NCBI GenBank assembly: GCA_965113315.1
Contig: OZ220374.1
DNA from: Podarcis vaucheri
Taxonomy: Eukaryota
DNA: 64,000 nucleotides
Direction: 5' to 3' (one strand)
The position numbers and the translations under genes were made by a program. Within the stretch, counting starts at the first letter, position 1. Each line of letters begins with the position of its first letter. Positions 1 to 13,810 of the stretch are shown here, one piece after another. The notes beneath the pieces were generated by a model. It had not been told where the DNA came from and ran no database searches. It saw nothing but the letters and a program-made list of their open reading frames with translations.

Positions 1-154
1 AGACAAGTGTTTAGACCTCCAACAGCTTCTGGATTGCAACATTGGTACTTCTTGTATACTTTCATTTTCTGTGTCTGACACATTTCATGAGTGGGTGCCT
101 AAATCTACATTTCATTTTTGAGTCAATAATGTTTACAGACTCTAGTAAACTTAC

Positions 155-295
155 CTTCCATAAAAAGGCCAAATATATATGCCCCTTCTCTTGGTGGATG
201 ACCATAGTCCTCTCTACTTTTTTTGGTAACATCTGTAGTCAGACACATCTTATCCAGAGACCAGTTGTTCTTCCGTGCCATGCTTTGCATAATGG
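155..295 (-). CDS. DNAH11: DNAH11 exon AB ([16 protein letters not shown]...[14 protein letters not shown]), probably the penultimate exon
   Basis: tgaaag acceptor, G|gtaagt donor, 141 nt. Confidence 0.95.
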
Positions 296-1026
296 CTTTC
301 AAGGGGGGGAAAAGGGTTAGGTGGATGTATCATTTTATGGCTAAAAATTATGACTGTGGGTGGTGTGGGGTAATCTTAAACATAGCAAAGAACATATAAT
401 TAACCTAACTCTGCTGCAAGAATAAATCTACATTTTCTTTAAAAATTTGGGCCTATTGTTTTTTTGTGTCAGATTTTTGCAGAAGCAATGTATTCCTGAA
501 ATAAAATGATCCTAGATGCACAGTCATTTTGCAGTCTAGTTACATGCTTTGTACAGAAGTGAACTGCTAAACTTTTCTCGATTGTGGAAATAGTATTGTA
601 ATTAATAGAACCTAATTTAATATAATTTTAGTGCATTTTTAAGATAATATCTTAAATTATGCTGCCATCCTGGCTCTCATCCAAGTACTGATAAGGCCCC
701 ATGCCTGCTTATTATATTCAGCTGCATTACAGCTTTTGATACTTCTAGATCGTGCTATCTCAAGTATTACTTAAAGCATTACTGATTCAGTATGTCACTC
801 AATTGTCAGTGCCTTGACTTACAGCATTTTAGCCCTGAGAAAGTTTTATAATGAAGTGCTCTCATTTGTTCCATCTGTGATACACTAGCACTTCATATTC
901 ATATTTCTTAAGAGCTAGTTACATTGGAAATTCCACAAAGGTAACCCTCAGTAAGCCATTATATAAAAATTGTAGCCCTACTGTGCGATCTAATTTACTT
1001 GACCTTTATAAGTCAATAGTACATAC

Positions 1027-1139
1027 CAGTCAAAAAAGACTGAGGGTTAAAAAAGCCAGAAAGCCACACCACTGCAGGAAGTACTAGATCTTGTGTCCAG
1101 ATATCAAGTTCTCGGCATCGCATGAGAAGGTCGTTAAAC
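1027..1139 (-). CDS. DNAH11: DNAH11 exon AA ([14 protein letters not shown]...[14 protein letters not shown])
   Basis: cttcag acceptor, G|gtatgt donor, 113 nt. Confidence 0.95.
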
Positions 1140-1566
1140 CTGAAGGAAAAGCAGCAAAGGGATCAACGTGTCATGAGAAGTGATAATTTAAAAAATAAAA
1201 TTGTGATTTGCTAGCCTATAATCTATAGCCTTTTGTTGGTGGATTATTATTACTTCTCTTTAAGGGATTGTGCTTTCTTGGCAGACATGAAACTAATGAG
1301 TGGGGCAACTGTGCCCTCCTTTTGTATCTTTACCCGAGATGTAAGAATCCCGTCTTTCAATAATAATTGGAGGTACCCACTTTCCCTGCCTTTAGATGTA
1401 TCCTGGAAAAAGAGGCCTCCCCCCCTCTTAAATCCTGAAACATTCATGATTAACATCAAAATGACACTGCTATGCAGTTATTGGTCAAACATGCTCAGTG
1501 TTTAACAGAATTGGAATCCTTGTTATGTGGAAGACAGGTAAAGTGAATGACTATGATTGAACATAC

Positions 1567-1682
1567 CATTGGGCAAGGCTGTAAGTGGATGGATAAGCCA
1601 GTTTGGTCCATGCATCTGGCACCAGGTCATAAAACAGTGATGACTGGACAGCTTCCATGGTAACAGAAAACGTCAGCTCGCC
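1567..1682 (-). CDS. DNAH11: DNAH11 exon Z ([13 protein letters not shown]...[19 protein letters not shown])
   Basis: tctag acceptor after a 76-nt intron, TG|gtatgt donor, 116 nt. Confidence 0.95.
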
Positions 1683-1758
1683 CTAGACATTTGGAGGGAG
1701 AAAAATTAAATCCCAAGTTCTTTTAAATACATTTTCATAATAAATCTATTTCTCTTAC

Positions 1759-1941
1759 TTTGAGACCGAGGTCTAGTTGTTTAAGCGACTTCCGTATCTC
1801 TTGAATGAGAATGTTCATCCTCTCACATTCTTGAAAACAAACAAGAATGTAAGGGCTCCGTATGGTAGATTTTTGCATGATTTCAGCCATGTTAAACTCC
1901 TCTGGCAACTTCTCCAGAATTTCATCCAGGACATTCTTCAC
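1759..1941 (-). CDS. DNAH11: DNAH11 exon Y ([16 protein letters not shown]...FQECERMN...LDLGLK)
   Basis: ttcaag acceptor, AAA|gtaaga donor, 183 nt. Confidence 0.95.
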
Positions 1942-3317
1942 CTTGAAACAAAAATACAAAGCAAAATCACCAGAAGTTGCTTGGCCACATGCACGTTCCC
2001 TTGAAAGTCCCTCCAGTACGTGCCCTGCAAGCCACTTTGTGTGCTTGTTTAGTATTTTGCTGCTGCTAATGCCCTGACCCAGCTACCTCTGAATCTTTGC
2101 TACATTGGCAGACTTCTTGCACAACACCAGATATAACCAACTCTGTAAAACAGGTTGTTGATGCTAGATGGGTGGAGGCAGAAGTTAAAGGCTATTTACT
2201 TGCAAAATTTATATATAACAAAAACATTTAAAATGGTTTGCATAAACCAACATAAATAAATCTTATCTGCTTTAAAACAAATATATGCATTAACGTGTCT
2301 GGGTAGGCTTGCCTAAACTAGTAAGCTTTTAGCAGGCTCCAAAAACAGCACAGCAAAGGTGGCCTGATATTATGAGGGACTTTCAAAGAGTAGAGGCAGT
2401 TGCACTGAGAGATTGATTCATTGCAAGTACAGAACGGACATTATGTGGCACTGCTAAAAGTGCCAGTTCAGCATTTAGAAGGGGGAGAACAAGCTAAGAA
2501 AGAGAAACTTGGATTAGAGTGTCCCAATTTCAAATTAAATTGTCTTCAATTTAATTTTTAATTCACTCATCACTCATGCCTTCTAATTCTGCAGTGTGGT
2601 ATTGATAGATGCCACACTAAAGAAGCGGGCCACCCTACTAGCCAAAATGGAGTCTGCAAATGTACGAGCTCCTCCATCATTGCAATCATGCTAAGTAGGT
2701 ATTTTACCTTACTGAAAGCTGTGTTTCCTAGTAGCTTTCTGTTTAGCTATGCATTATTCTGCACTATTGTAGAATCATAACCAGGGCCTCAGAAGGCTTA
2801 TACACATTATCCTCCCCTCCCATTCCACACAACTGGGTGTTGATGGGCAGCACCCTTTTCACACAAGTAATTGACAGCATAACAGAAGGTGAAAAATTAC
2901 TGCACAAGGGTGGTAATCATCCTGGGGTCTTTGTGAACTGGGACTAAGAACACATGGATTGTTCGCTTGCATTTCCTTCACTTGAGGGGGCAAGGCCACA
3001 CCACCAACAAAGGACTAGCACTTCTCACAGGACAAGCACTCCAACTGAAAAAAATGTGATCTAAAAACTAATGGCCAATGTACTGTCAGTGCTGAATTTT
3101 CCTGTGTTGAAACCTGTTCTGGTTTTTTATTAAGTCTGGCTGGAACCTGGGGAAGGAGGGATTCACAGAGATTGTTGTACGTTCTTTATGACCATAATGG
3201 CAAAAGGTTTTTGCCCAAAGGTAAGATTCATTCAAGCTTCCTCCTACACAGCAAGCCATGTATTGAGGTCGAAATAAGCCTATGGAACTAAGATTTTGCA
3301 GAGTACCGTAATCTCAC

Positions 3318-3560
3318 CTTTTCTTCTACTGACTGTCCTGATACCTCTCCAGCAAGTAGATTTCTGGGTTGCATTTCCAAGAGTGTTTTGAAAAGGTTTT
3401 CTGACAGAACTGTCAAGAAATCTATCTCGGCATTCGGGTGAAGACCATACAGTACAGGGTTTTCAAGTGGAAGCATTTCATCTATATACTTGTGGTATCC
3501 TGAGTAATCCAAATTGGGAGGAGCAAGGAAACCTGGAGCCAATGCAAAGTCGCCTTCAAG
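3318..3560 (-). CDS. DNAH11: DNAH11 exon X ([11 protein letters not shown]...YGLHPNAEI...QSVEEK)
   Basis: ctacag acceptor, AAG|gtgaga donor, 243 nt. Confidence 0.95.
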
Positions 3561-6454
3561 CTGTAGTTGATGGGAGGGAGGGGAAATAAACGACGTTGAG
3601 TATTCATTTTGCATATTTCAGACAATCTGGTCTTTAAAAACTCAAGATGTCTTTAAGCAGTGTCAATTCATGGGACACACCTTTGATGACAGCAGCAGAC
3701 TAAGAAACAGATGAAACACAAGGCTGGATTCTTCTCAATAGTTGTGCTAGTGGGAGTTACTGCAATGAATCCTGCTCACACAATCGAGCTTTCCCCTGTC
3801 CTCCGCGTGTGCCCCCCACAATTGGCTCTGAGGGATTGTGAAAATCCCCAGAACAGCAGGGGCGGTGGCAGAGAAGAGGGGAAGAGATATGCTTGTTCTG
3901 ATGGAATGACATTACTAGCATGATTCTGAATTCCACCCCTAATTTCCACACCCCCTTCTCCATGCCACAGGAACTTCTGGTCCATGTTTTTCAGTGCTTA
4001 TGCAAAACTACCACCTATGCACAGGAGGAAGGAATCAGAAAACTTGGGGTAATTTTTAGATTGGCCCAGGAAAAAAACCTAAGGGGGGGGAGACCAACTT
4101 AAATAGCCCAATGATGACTCGATATCCATGGAATGTTTATGCGGGGGGTGGGGGGTGTGTGTGACAACCAGGAACTAGGAGGAGCTGAATAGATTGGCTT
4201 GAAAGAAGTGCGCACATGAAGGCAGGCATGCCCAGTGGGGCCTGCCACAGCCACGGGAATGTCCGGTGGGAAAGCTGCAGCCTGCACCCCTCTTGAAATT
4301 CTTTTGGGGGGCTCCTCAGCCCCTCCCAGATGGTGCCCCTGACCAGGCTCCAATTCTGTTGGCACAGAGGATCCCAGGTTTGCTGAGGGAGAGATTGGGC
4401 TCAAGCTGTTGAAAACAAACGTTCTAAGCAAAACCTAGAAGTCTACAAACCCTATTCTGCCATAGATGAATGGCAACTCCACCTGTTATGGCTGTGAAAA
4501 AAATGTGTATATTTGATGTGTTATATGTGCATTTTTTACACAGCCATGTACGGTAGATGCTTTCAGGAAACCTGGCTGTCAGGTTTCTCAAAGACATCCT
4601 CACGTTATGTGCTTGCTGATGAGAAACCCCAGTATTTCCCCACTGTAATCAAAATGCACCTGCCTGCATGGCCTTGTGCATGTAGCGCTTCTGCAGTCTG
4701 ATCCCTAACAGGAGTGTGGTAATTACCAATCTGCAGCAGAACTGTAGGGTGCGGGCATATAAAGGGAAAAACAAAAAAGTCAACCCAACATTTCTGGGTT
4801 GTTTTTTGGGGGGTGTTTTTTAAAAAAAAACTTACAGTAGGAATTCCTTCAGTTTTGAACCTGCATTTTTTGAATATTTTGAAAGAATAATATTTTCCTT
4901 ATCGTCAGTTCACACTTTGTGTAAACATTTTATATCTGCTATAATTAGGGCTATTTTATTACTGAAGGGTGCAATCCTATGGATCCTGAGAAGGCACCCA
5001 TCCTCACTTTGGACATGGACAGCTTAGGATAAGGCAGTTCAATCACTTCCACCACCCAACAGCTTTGGGTTAAAATATTTAGGGCTGCAATCCTGCCTAT
5101 CTATCTAGCCATCAATCAGCAGTGTTTTATTTGGTTAAATATATGCCTAGTCCCATTTAAGTGCTTCACAAAATGCATGATCTATTGACTACCTTAATGA
5201 TTAAATGCAACTTTAACCTGTTAACAAATGCAAATAAATATATGCAAATATAAATTCAAATAAACATGCCAGATCCCAGTTAGGCATAAAACTAAGACAA
5301 ATGTGGTATATCCATTGGCCATTGCTTACGTTTACCTTGTCTGTCAATGAAGGAATTTTTGTTTCTTTTGGTATGCTTTGCAGGAGACCATTGTTCAATT
5401 GAACCGAAATGAATTATCTTGTTTCTGAATATGTAAGTAGACCTGCACCTAGGGTTAGTTAACTAAGAGCACCTAATTCACACCATTTCTTTCAGGTTCT
5501 GTACCTGTATTTGACACATATTTGAATGAAAGTTCAGGCTTTTGAAGGTTAATGGACTGCCTGGTCTAGAAATAGTAATTCTTATCCATGGGCTAGATGC
5601 AGAGGAGGTACCAGCGGAATAAGCTTCCCATATGTCCCCTTGACCTTAACTGTCATTTAGAGAAATCAGCTTCCATGGAGGTCAGAAGTACAGTAGTGTT
5701 TATCCTTCCCATCTCCATGGTAACTCACTCCTGGGTCTTCCAATTGACTTCCAATTGTGCTAAACTGAATGTGGCTTTGTGACACATGAAAACCTAGTCA
5801 TTACAGAGTGAATAGATGCAAGCAAACTCACTTCACTTCAAACCACTGCACACACTTCCAACTGCGGAATCAATGGGGGGAAATGGAATGTCCTTAGGGC
5901 TATCTATGTTGCATAGCAGAAATGATCTTTTGATGCTCTACTTGCCATCCCCTACTGCCTCTAGATAAATGGTTAACTTTTGGAAAAGACAGAACAGCTA
6001 GGTTGCTATTCCATCTGGGCATTCTTAAACCCCAGTGAAACTGATTGCATTATGTAGAAATGATTCTGGCCTAGATTACACTTTTGTGCCACAACCCTAA
6101 GGACACTTATCTAGAAATAAATTCCATCAAAACCATCTGTATTTACTTCTAAACACACTTAAGATTGTGATGTGCCTTTTAAGACCAGAATGTATTGCTT
6201 GCCAATGTCGCTAATGCAAGTGGAAGAGAATCTTCGTTGGAAGGGACCTCAAATGGTCTGTCAAGCTGCCAGTGCGGGAAATCTACTGCTACAGAATCCC
6301 TGGAAGGTGTCTCTGCTTAAAAAAATCTCTAACAAAAGTGCCCACCAACTCCTGAGGCAGTCTGTTCCACTGTTGAACTGGTCACGCTGTAAGGAAGTTC
6401 TTCCTAACATTTAGTCTACAAACTTTTCCTCGTCTCCCCCAATCTATACATTAC

Positions 6455-6574
6455 CAGAGAAGGGTTCATAAATTCTTCTAAATACGTGCGGCAGAGTCTG
6501 CGGTCCCAGTCATCAGTGATGTGTCCACCGTACATAATTTCACCAAAGAGATAACGCAAATCTTCCCAGGGAAC
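6455..6574 (-). CDS. DNAH11: DNAH11 exon W ([40 protein letters not shown])
   Basis: ccatag acceptor, CTG|gtaatg donor, 120 nt. Confidence 0.95.
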
Positions 6575-7116
6575 CTATGGCATATAATGGAATGTGTAAT
6601 TAAAGAACCAGTTAGTTTTCTAAGGAGGACACAGCTAAGTCACTTGGCATAGCTCTGGCATAATAAAACATGGATTTCATTAGCATGAAGTGCATCGTAT
6701 TATCCCAAGAGTGGTGTGTATGTGTGTTTACAAGCACATAATCCTAATGGGACCACTGACACATTCTGCTACCACTGGTGGGTGGGTGGGCATATATGAA
6801 ATAAACACAGGTAGAACAAAAACAAAAGTGGTAAAGAGTGGAGTCCAGTGGCTGTGAAACTCAATAAAAATTAAAACTTTTCAAGGCACCTGATTCTATC
6901 CTCTGCTTTCAGTTAAGAAAATTGCTTCCTTTTCCAGTGCTAATTAAGACAGCAAAGCTACAATGATTGTGTCACATCAACTACTGCTGCAGGGAATTAT
7001 AACTTGCTCATCATAAAAGTGCACAGAATTGTCACTGGCTGTACTCCCCCCCTCCAATTTTGCAGCCATTGCTTAGAATTTTGCTCTCCACTCTTCCCAT
7101 GTATAACACAATTCAG

Positions 7117-7205
7117 CTGAGAAAGTGGACTCTAATCCGCAGAAGCTTATACAACAATAAATTCTGTCAAGTCTTTAAGGTGCTACAAGACTTCGTTGTT
7201 TTCCT
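7117..7205 (+). mobile_element. Penelope-like element terminal relic
   Basis: ctgagaaagtggac...gaagcttat...aataaa...agtctttaaggtgctacaagact resembles reptile Penelope ends as I recall them; a similar relic lies near 8093-8175. Confidence 0.6.
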
Positions 7206-7271
7206 GTTTCAGAAGAAAGCTGTGTGGCAGCAGGGGATTCCTTTGAGAACAGTGACCATGCTTGAGTAGTA

Positions 7272-7550
7272 CAGTGGTACCTTGCAAGACGAATGCCTCA
7301 CAAGACGAAAAACGCGCAAGACGAAAGAGTTTTCCGTTTTTTTAGTCGTTCCGCAAGAAGAATTTCCCTATGGGCTTGCTTCGCAAGACGAAACGCCTTG
7401 CGAGTTCTTGCGAGTTTGTTTCCTTTTTCTTAAAACCGCTAAGCCGTTAATAGCCGCTAAGCCGCTAATAGCCATGCTTCGCAAGACGAAAAAAACGCAA
7501 GACGAAGAGACTCGCGGAACGGATTAATTTCGTCTTGCGAGGCACCACTG
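7272..7550. mobile_element. Tc1/mariner-pogo (Tigger-like) MITE
   Basis: TA TSD; TIR CAGTGGT(A/G)CCT(T/C)GCAAGACGAA; many internal GCAAGACGAA repeats. Confidence 0.9.
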
Positions 7551-10360
7551 TATGCTAAACCATGGTATAGCAATATGTGCACAAACAAGAGAGAACTGTG
7601 AGTCTTGAGCTTGTGCTTTCCTTCCTCCCTCACAGCCAGGAGGCAGATTTTGGGAGATTTTTAATGGTTTCCCTTCAAGCCAGCTGGTTTGTTGCATTGT
7701 CAGCACCAGGGATTGCAGTTTATTCCCAACTGGTTTAGTTCAACAAGCTACCTTCCACCAGCTTGTTTTGAAATCGAGCAGTTAGTGATCAACCAAGATT
7801 CCTGGTATGGACAACAAGACAAGTCCAATTTAAAGGAGCCTAGGTTGGGTGGCTGGAGATTCTCAAGTTCTCCTTGAGGGAGGAGCCATGGCAGTGGAGA
7901 AGCTAGATGTTTGCTACAAGTCCTTCTTGCTAAACCATGTCCATGTACACCTCAACTTGCTAAACACAACGGATAATCCCTCACTATTAGTCATTTTGCC
8001 TGGATTGATGGAAGCAGAAACCCAAAACTACTGGAAGGCACACAATTGGAGAAGGTTGGTTTGGCATGATGTGTGGACATAGCCACTATGTGCGATGTGA
8101 CATTCACACAAAAGCTCATACCAAAAACAAACTTAATTGGTCTCTGAGGTACTAATGAAATGATTTTTTTTATTATTAAATTTCAAGACTAACATGAGAA
8201 TTTGTTTTTCTTATTATGCTTTGTAAAATAAATTTCAGAAGTTAACATGGATGCTTTCCAGCTATTTAATAATTGTGATTCAGTAAAACTGATTCATTTT
8301 TGTTTTGCCTATGTTCTCAGTGGTATTATTTATAAGCTATGCAGGCCCTGACAAATTGTGGGCGGTATGACTACTCTCAGAGGCATATGAATTTTCTGTT
8401 TTGGAGGGAAAGGGTTTTGCAAATCATACAGATCTCTGCAATCCAGAGATCAAAAAGACAATACTATATTTCAATATGTTATTAGAAATCTTGCAGGGGA
8501 AGGATGAAAAAGGCCCCAAACAGTGACAAAAATGTCAAAATATCACTGCTCAATGCCTAAAAAGTTACATTTCTAAAATAATTAAATTCATATTCTGTGT
8601 TGAGATAATTTCAGAACTGAATGAATTCTGGATTTTAAAAGTTCCTCAGAGAACAAACAAAATCAGTTTCTATAGAAGTCTCTTTAACAAATTACTTCAA
8701 AACCTTTATCTCAAGCTATACGTTTTTAAAGGTGAAATGCAACAGGAATTTGTGTGTTTTGTTTAAAACAATATATTCATGTGGTATTGGAGGGCTGATA
8801 AATTTAGCCTACATTATCAAAATAAGCTTGCCTCTATTTATCAAGGACACATTATTCAAGAACAAACAATTATTCATTGCTGCTATGTCGCATATTGAAA
8901 TGAACTCAGGTTAGCAAAGTAATTCGCAGGGGCTAATAGTAGCCACTTCAATTTTATTTTAAACATTAAAACGTATTGCTGATGCTCTCTATCATTTTAA
9001 ATGGCTGGAGACTTGAAGGTCATGAACAGTTGGCCACTCATCCTATTTCTTCTTTTGTCCTTCAAGCTTTTTCATAACACTTTATGCCATTTTATACTAG
9101 ATCTTGCACACTAAATCCTACTATACCATTACCACCTAATCCAGACAATCTACCCCACCCCAAATAATCCCTACTCATGCAGTTGCTTGCTTTAGTTGGA
9201 AAGACTCTGGTGCTGGAGTTTATTCTGGACCAGCAGAAGACTACTGGATTAGGTCGATTGCTTTAGTACAGAGCAAAGTTCTCCAGCTTTTCAGAAATCA
9301 ATAATAAAAGACTGAAGAAAGTGCAGTCAGCCGTCCCAAAGGTCTCATGGCCTTTGTAAAAGTAAGCAGCAAATGCCCCAAGGGGGCAAAACTACACAGA
9401 AGGAAATGTGTAAAGTGAAATTGATCATGTAATTAGAGAAACAAGTTTAATAGAGAAGATTTGTACCAGCCACATTAGGGCTGCACAAAGTTATGGATTA
9501 GAAGTAGGCTGCCCGATATTTAGTAGGCTCCAGTAGCATGTTTTGTAACCCTACTCTGCAATACAGTAAATGTCTAAAATGCATATATTATATTACAGGA
9601 AAAGTAAAAGGCAGTCAAGTGGCACATGAGAAGTACAATGCAGTAAAGGAGAAAAGTACTAAGGGGCAGTGGTTTGGAACAGACAAAGTTCAATCGTAAT
9701 GAGAAATGAAACTTAGTCTAGTATACATTGCTTAAACAACATTGTAAACTATGGCAGTAATCCTATAGCAACTTACCTGGGAATAAGCCCCAGTGAATTT
9801 CTGCATATACAGGACTGTGCTTGTAAAACCAGTTTTGCAGTCATTAACTGTGATGTTGGTGGGCTCATTCCAATGATTTGGAAGCAAAATATGACCACAG
9901 ACAAACAAACTGAAGTTTTCCAAATATAGGAGGGAACTAAGGGAGCCAGATGCAAAAAAAAAAAAAAGGGGGGGGAGCAGGCCTTCTGCACCTTGCATAG
10001 TTATGGAGAAGAGGGAAGTGCATGTTGCTTGTCATGACAAGGTACACCTGCTGAAACTCCCTCTTCTATAGAGTTATTAAAGGAGCAGGAGCCCTGTTTA
10101 CATGTGGGTACCCTAGAGGGAACCCAGAGATACGAAGCAGTAGACAGCATGGGGAGATGCTGCTGCTCACTTGACCTCTAGTCAGTTGCCTTGCTGCTAC
10201 TTACTAGCAAACAGAGAAGGGGGGTGAAGCAGCAGGGAGGTCAGCACAGTGCAAAAGCGCTGATGGAGACAATCCGACATGCCTCTTGGTGAACGTGCAC
10301 TGCATCAACTTCCTTGTCCTCTGCCTTCTAGTAAGCAGCAGCTACATGACTAAACAGAGG

Positions 10361-10361
<1 letters not shown>

Positions 10362-10408
<47 letters not shown>

Positions 10409-10521
10409 TTATTGCTTATACCCCGACCATCTGGCTGGGCTTCCCCAGCTACTCTGGGCGGCCTCGAACAAAATATTAAAATACAGTAATGCATCAAACA
10501 TTAAAAGCTTCCCTAAACAGG
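10362..10521 (-). mobile_element. L2 3' end fragment with (AAT)n tail
   Basis: Reverse complement matches the 3' UTR at 19620-19725 (ccatctggctgg...ctctgggcgg). Confidence 0.8.
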
Positions 10522-11867
10522 AACATCAATGCCCCATCTCATTATCAGTTACTGAGTATACGTCTTCCTAAGTAACAATATGTAAGGGGAAGGGGAAAAG
10601 GTAAATGAGGACTGTAAAAATTATCCATTATGCTTTGTGTTCTCCCCATGCTGGACTTGTGGAAGTGCTTTGGGTGGATAATTTTGTTTAGCTTTTCTTC
10701 AAAGGGCAGGCCAGGCCCAAATATGGCTTCTGGCTCAGGGGATTTGAGACTAAAGGTAGAACAGTTTGGATGAGTGAGACCCCTGACCAGGCCTGGCTGC
10801 CTTGGTCAGAGTGAGAGAGAACCTTCATGACCACAACAGCTTAGGAACCAATTAAGGATATTCTCCCACTTGCCTCCTCGTTCCTAGGGAAGGTCGGAAA
10901 AAGTTGCAATGTTTTGCATCAAATCCCATGTGCATCACTATAGAATAAAACGCTTACTGAAATGGTGACACCGAATATCACATTCACAAAATAACCGATT
11001 CACAGTAGATATCCAGTTTTTTTATTTATCTAATCTGGAAAAGCTAGAATTTGCAGTATTCCGAATCATACTGCAATTGCAAGTAAGCAAGTTACACAAA
11101 ACTAATTCTCAGGCTAGAGTGAGAATACTGGATAGCTTAATTACTAACCAAATTGCATGTGCCTAAGTGCAAGTACCAACCTACTAAGTCTTTGCTAGAC
11201 TTAGAAAGTACTAACCTACCTTTGCTACACATGTGAATAATTGGTTTAATGAATGGTAACACCTGAATGGTTTTGCATCTTCCGATTGGCAACCAATCTC
11301 AAAACAGAGTAAATCATTCATCTAGCTTTAAACTTGAACTCAATTCCTGAGAAAGTCACAACAAGGTGGCCTCCTTAATACATAATAACGACACATGAAG
11401 GAAATACACCATTATTTATATATGTGACGTGCTGTAAATTGCTTCCATCATCAGAATTAATTGTAGTGATTATTAATGCAATGTTATGAACTGTCAGGAC
11501 TGCTGTATGTAATTACAGTTGTGCAAAATGCTTCATTACCTGCCTAATGAATTTGGCATATATGCACATGTAAAGCACTGTTTTCGTTAACATAATGAAG
11601 GGCACATTTATTTATTTATTTATTTACTCACTCACTTACTTACTTACTTTAGTAAACTGGTTCAACCTATGTTATGAAATTTAAGCATCCTCTGTGGAAA
11701 ACCTCTGATCTGCCCAATTTGTATACCCAACAGCAGATACACATTTCAACTATTTCACTAAAGAAATATATTTCACCTTCCCTTGTTCACTTCTAAAACT
11801 AAGGAACAAAACCCAAAAAATATCACCACCATCTTGGCCAGAAGACACTTGGTCTCCAAGTTGTTAC

Positions 11868-12059
11868 CTTAGAGTTTGCTTCCAGGTAGTTGTAGAGGAC
11901 ATTGACACAAATGGTGAGATCTCCTACGTTAAAAGGGTATCTTCGATTCCATCCTTGAGGTCCAAACTTGAGTCTCCCAGCAACACAGGTGTGAAAGTAG
12001 CAGAGGGAAAAGAAGATACCTTTGAACTCTTGTTCTCGGGTACACAATTCAAGTGTATC
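11868..12059 (-). CDS. DNAH11: DNAH11 exon V (DTLELC...[18 protein letters not shown]...YLEANSK)
   Basis: taacag acceptor, AAG|gtaaca donor, 192 nt. Confidence 0.95.
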
Positions 12060-12705
12060 CTGTTAAAACAAAGGATTATGAAAAAACAACAGTATTTCTA
12101 TCACATCACCAACAAGCTTTAGAGACGACAACTGTAGTTTTCTTACTAGAATTAATGACACCTTAACAGCAACAATAAGAAGAATCTATTAATATTTTCA
12201 TCTTAGCAAAAGGTAAAACTGAAAGTAAGTTTGCAGGACCAGCAAAAAAGGATTACACCTCCTAAGATGGGCACTCCATTCTTGCGCCATCCCTCTTACT
12301 GCTGCCTGTTCCTCCTCCCAGCTGTTGTCCCCATTCCTCCTCCTCCTCCTCCTCCTCTCAACCCTCATTAGTTTTTTCTGATTTCTGGTTTGTGGCAACA
12401 GCACTGGTCACTTCTCTGTTGCCACTTCCTCCCTACTGTGTCACGAGAAAGGGCAAACGGGGTCCTTTCCCAGAGCAAGGCATTTGTGACAAGATGGCCG
12501 ACAAGGGCGCCTGCAACGCCACAGACAGAAACCTTGTTTAAAATTCAAACACTGTTTCTTACACTTTTACAACCAAGCAGTATATAAATTATGTCAAACC
12601 CTACAGCCCAATGTGGTAGGCAGTGCAAGTGCTCCCCCCTCACCCAGAATGCCTCATTCTGAAGAAGAAATAAAGCAAAACTACCAGTGAACATTTTCTC
12701 CTCAC

Positions 12706-12933
12706 CTGGTCAAAATTATAGAGAGCAGCATGAAGATTTGCCAGCATACCAGTAGGGGGCTCGTTAATAATTTTAATACTGTTCTCTAATATTCCTTGAG
12801 GTATGACATGTTCTTCAGGACTTGGAGCTGGTTCTGCACTTATAAAGACACGGTAGTCGGGGTGGCTTTCTCTGCTGTGTTCCTCCAGTAGCTTCTCTAA
12901 TGTCCCTAGCCATTTGACTACAAGGTGTATGTT
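12706..12933 (-). CDS. DNAH11: DNAH11 exon U (NIHLVVKWL...[12 protein letters not shown]...[20 protein letters not shown]), AAA6
   Basis: aaacag acceptor, CAG|gtgagg donor, 228 nt. Confidence 0.95.
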
Positions 12934-13399
12934 CTGTTTGAGAGCATGCAAAACTTCAATTATAGGAGCAAGTTTATTATTTTAAATGTAGCATTAATTA
13001 TCTCAGTTGCATAACAAGAACAAAACAGCTAATACTCCAAATATGATTTAATTCTAAGTTTCAAGAGCAGAGAGGAGTAAAAGATAGAGACTTTATTTTA
13101 ATATGTTACATTAGGAAGGACTTCATTATCTCTAGGTGCTATTAGGCCTTGATTTGCTAAGCACTAGCATATATAAATCATGTCAACTATAACCACCCAT
13201 GCACTTAAGCCTGCTAACTCTCTCCAGAGCTCAGATAATGTTCAGTAGGATTTAGGAACGCTGGGACGATTAACAAAAGCGACAAATCAGAAGCTGAAAA
13301 AAGTACTAATGTCTTACTGCTAAGTATCACGGTCCCAAAGTCTAGCAATGACCTGGACATGTGTGGATCTTATGCACACATGCTTACCTACCCTTAGTA

Positions 13400-13810
13400 G
13401 GGGTAGGGGACAAATACAATTCTGTTCATACTTAAAGGTGAACTTACAAAATTCACATTTTTCACATCAATATGTGAACCAAAACGCAGCCATCATTTGA
13501 ACTTTGCAGTTATCTGAACTTTGCAATGCAATTCTTGAGCCAAACAATGTGTACAAAAATGCATATACAATGGTAAAGCATGCATATAAATGCATACATT
13601 AATGAAAATAATATTAAAAATGGATTACATAGGGGGAAATTGCTTCACATAAATGTGTTTATGAGACAGAGTGGCACATAAAAAATGTGTACAGAAGGGG
13701 GAATTTGCACAAAAATGCTGTTTTGCAAAGTCAGATGTAGAAATGTGTAGGACTGAAATTAAGATTGGATAAAAGAAGAATAATGAAATTGACATGTTCG
13801 CCAATCCTTA
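13400..13810. repeat. Old dispersed AT-rich repeat; a related copy in the opposite orientation lies at about 24110-24397
   Basis: Shared motifs (aattcacatttt, ttgcaatgc.attct, tgtacaaaaatgc) in reverse complement. Confidence 0.6.

Noticed and set aside
7282-7527. Regularly recurring GCAAGACGAA motif and an ORF
   Set aside because: Internal repeats of a Tigger-like MITE bounded by TIRs and a TA TSD.
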